A stretch of DNA of 64,000 bases, from positions 69,190 to 133,189 of the forward strand of contig JAXMAY010000013.1 in the NCBI GenBank assembly GCA_046350165.1, in the 5' to 3' direction. Source of the DNA: Gemmataceae bacterium. GTDB lineage: Bacteria > Planctomycetota > Planctomycetia > Gemmatales > Gemmataceae. Under the pieces are notes generated by a model, which did no database searches, was not told the DNA's origin, and worked only from the letters and a program-made list of their open reading frames with translations. Each line of letters starts with the position of its first letter. Position 1 is the first letter of the stretch. Below are positions 61,978 to 64,000 of the stretch, in pieces. The position numbers and the translations under genes were made by a program.

Positions 61978-62601
61978 ATGAGCAGTCCCTGGCGAATCCG
62001 GCATTCCGGCTCCCCGCATTCGATCGAGGTTCCCTCGGCGAACCGTGTCGTCGTGGGGCTGCGCGACGGCGAATGGGAAGCGTCGGACGAAGTCCTCGGC
62101 CCCGGCGAACAGTCCTGGAAAGCGATCGAGGATCACGTCGCCTTTGCCGAAATCTGCGAAGATCTCGAGCCGGTCAAACCCGAACCGCCGGACGAGACCC
62201 GGCTCGACATGAACCCGCTGATCGACGTTTCGCTCGTGCTTTTGATCTTTTTCATCCTGACCACAACTTATGCCTCGTTGCGGCGGTCGATCGAACTGCC
62301 CGATGCCCCCACGGATAAAGCGAAGGCGACCCAGCCGAAAAAGAAGGACGACGTCAAGGATCGCGTGTTCAAGCTGAAAGTCTGGGTCGAGGACGACGAA
62401 ACGAAAATCAAAATCGAGGAACAGCTGGTTCGCGAGGCGGATCTCGAAAAGGAATTGAAAGAGGTCATCGGCCGGACCGGCAAACGGGAAATGTTCCTCG
62501 ACATCGACCCCGATACGCCCTGGGGCGTCGAGGCGAAAGTTTACGATGCCGCCCGCGGTGCGGATGTGCGGCAAATTTATTGGCCGAAAAACCGTAAATA
62601 G
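61978..62601 (+). CDS. exbD: second ExbD/TolR-family protein, a tandem paralog with a related N-terminal W-rich extension
   Basis: MNPLIDVSLVLLIFFILTTTYA is the same motif as the upstream gene. The N-terminal segment is PWRIRHSG...VVGLRDGEWEASDEVLGPGEQSWKAIEDHV. Confidence 0.7.
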   Translation: MSSPWRIRHSGSPHSIEVPSANRVVVGLRDGEWEASDEVLGPGEQSWKAIEDHVAFAEICEDLEPVKPEPPDETRLDMNPLIDVSLVLLIFFILTTTYASLRRSIELPDAPTDKAKATQPKKKDDVKDRVFKLKVWVEDDETKIKIEEQLVREADLEKELKEVIGRTGKREMFLDIDPDTPWGVEAKVYDAARGADVRQIYWPKNRK

Positions 62602-62612
62602 ATCGTCGCGAC

Positions 62613-64000
62613 ACCGTTTCCATGCAAAAACTCTGGCGACTCCACCCGAACGATCCGCAAGCCGTGCAGCGGCTTGCCCGCGACTCCGGTGTCTCGCTGA
62701 CGGTCGCCCAACTCCTGCTCAATCGCGGCATCAATCAGGCGGGCGAGGCCAAGCGGTTTCTGGATGGCACTCTTTCCGAACTGCACAACCCCCATTCGTT
62801 GCCGAATGTTCCCGACGCGGCGGACCGGATTCTCCAGGCCGTGCTCGATCGCAAGAAAATCTGCATCTTCGGCGATTACGACGCGGACGGAGTCACCGGC
62901 ACAGCCATTCTGATGACGCTGTTTCGGGCTCTCGGCCATACGGCGACCTACTACGTGCCCAACCGCATGGAAGAAGGGTACGGCGTCAATACGGAAGCCC
63001 TGGATACGCTCAAAGCCGACGGGATCGAACTGGTTATCACGGTCGACTGCGGCATTGCCAGCCTGGCGGAGGCGGACCACGCCAAGGCGATTGGCCTCGA
63101 TTTCATCGTGACTGATCACCATGAAATGAAGGATTCGCTGCCGGCCGCCTCCTGCCTCGTGCACCCGCGGCTTCCCGGCTCGGCGTACCCCTTCGATGGC
63201 TTGAGCGGAGCGGGCGTGGCGTTCAAACTCGCCTGGGCCGTGGCGATGCGGGCGAGCGGCTCCGAGCGGGTCACGCCGATCCTGCGAGAATACCTGCTGG
63301 ACGCAACGGGGCTTGCCGCACTGGGCCTGGTCGCGGATGTCATGCCCTTGCGTGACGAAAACCGGATTCTCGTCCGCAAGGGGCTCGATCGACTCGTCGC
63401 TAAGCCGTCGATCGGCATGAATGCGCTGGTCGTCGCGTCGGGGCTGGGCGATGCGAAATCGATCAAGGCCGAGGATGTCGCGTATAAACTCGCCCCGCGG
63501 TTGAACGCGGCAGGCCGATTGGGTTGTGCCCGGCTCGTCGTCGAACTGCTGACCACGGAAAACCCGGAACGGGCCAGGGAATTGGCCGAATATCTCGACG
63601 GGCAAAACAAACAGCGGCAAACCATCGAACGCAAAATCGGCTATCAGGCCCGGGAGCGGATAACCGTCAGCCAGATGGAGCATGAGCCGGCATTGGTGCT
63701 GGAAAACGCCGAGTGGCACCAGGGTGTCATCGGCGTGGTGGCTGGCCGACTGTGCGAACAGTACGGCAAGCCGACCGTGCTGATCGCCACGGGCGATGGC
63801 CTCGGCCTCGCGTCGGGTTCGGGCCGCAGCGTGGCGGGTTGCCCGCTGCATGAACTGCTGATCGAATGCTCGGATCTTCTGGCCTCGCACGGCGGCCATG
63901 CCGCGGCGGCAGGATTGAAAATCGATCCGAAAAACGTGCCGGCGTTCCGGGAAAAGTTCACGGCCGCGGTCAAATCGCGATTCCCGAACGGGACCCCGGC
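62613..64000 (+). CDS. recJ: single-stranded-DNA-specific exonuclease RecJ, N-terminal about 460 aa (continues past the window end)
   Basis: I translated this by hand. From ATG 62613 it reads MQKLWRLHPNDPQAVQRLARDSGVSLTVAQLLLNRGI...KKICIFGDYDADGVTGTAIL...ITVDCGIAS...FIVTDHHE... (DHH motifs I-IV), then the DHHA1 region. There is no stop before 64000. It is absent from the ORF track, which instead lists an antisense ORF. Confidence 0.85.

Noticed and set aside
62577-63899. 440-aa minus-strand ORF from the ORF track at the right edge of the window
   Set aside because: It is antisense to a clear recJ reading frame (DHH motifs, plus strand, open from ATG 62613 to the window end) and is Arg/Ala-rich with no recognisable domain. 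It is a GC-rich shadow ORF. The real gene was missed by the track because it has no in-window stop.
1-64000. Mobile elements, prophage, integrases, toxin-antitoxin or defence islands (RM, CBASS, etc.)
   Set aside because: I looked for transposase DDE/HTH signatures, integrase R-H-R-Y boxes, terminal inverted repeats or direct repeats next to the two tRNA genes, and nuclease/ATPase defence pairs. None was found. The AT-rich islands are non-coding rather than IS-like.

Overview
This 64 kb window is a high-GC (about 60% G+C by eye) chromosomal segment with the gene content of a Planctomycetota-type genome. Supporting genes are a PSCyt/DUF1549/DUF1553 protein paired with a DUF1501 protein, three Cys-type sulfatases, a PEP-CTERM protein, a PQQ-propeller/cytochrome c dehydrogenase and a 1787-aa multi-PAS hybrid sensor kinase. 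I can support roughly 50 genes. Housekeeping content includes the 3' end of dnaE, a kdsD-kdsC-lpt (Kdo/LPS transport) cluster, proB, an S41 protease, an ECF sigma factor with its anti-sigma, mscL, glycerate kinase, hisA, galE, cutC, an HU/IHF protein, an EF-G paralog, exbB plus two tandem exbD, the 5' part of recJ and two tRNAs (CAT and TAG anticodons). Signalling genes are a GGDEF cyclase, an HD-GYP phosphodiesterase, a Ser/Thr kinase, an XRE regulator and the giant PAS/GAF/HisKA/REC kinase. I found no CRISPR array, transposase, integrase or phage genes. The most unusual locus is at about 23.5-34.3 kb: an orphan FecR-like transmembrane protein with an (NA)n/KEPT-rich linker, a secreted-looking protein with about 20 Cys and internal CDPCA/LDKLKAR repeats that I do not recognise, an XRE regulator, a lower-GC PEP-CTERM gene, a 750-bp strongly AT-rich non-coding island carrying a perfect 13-bp inverted repeat, and the giant sensor kinase. 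Several genes carry isolated reading-frame breaks (GSDH fusion, sulfatase, PQQ propeller, EF-G paralog), and positions about 2.0-10.6 kb are frameshift-dense (NirD-like, CorA, the whole Lpt cluster, kdsD, proB). These breaks look like indel sequencing errors rather than biology. The ORF track missed recJ at the right edge because no stop codon lies in the window, and it reports many long antisense shadow ORFs that I reject.
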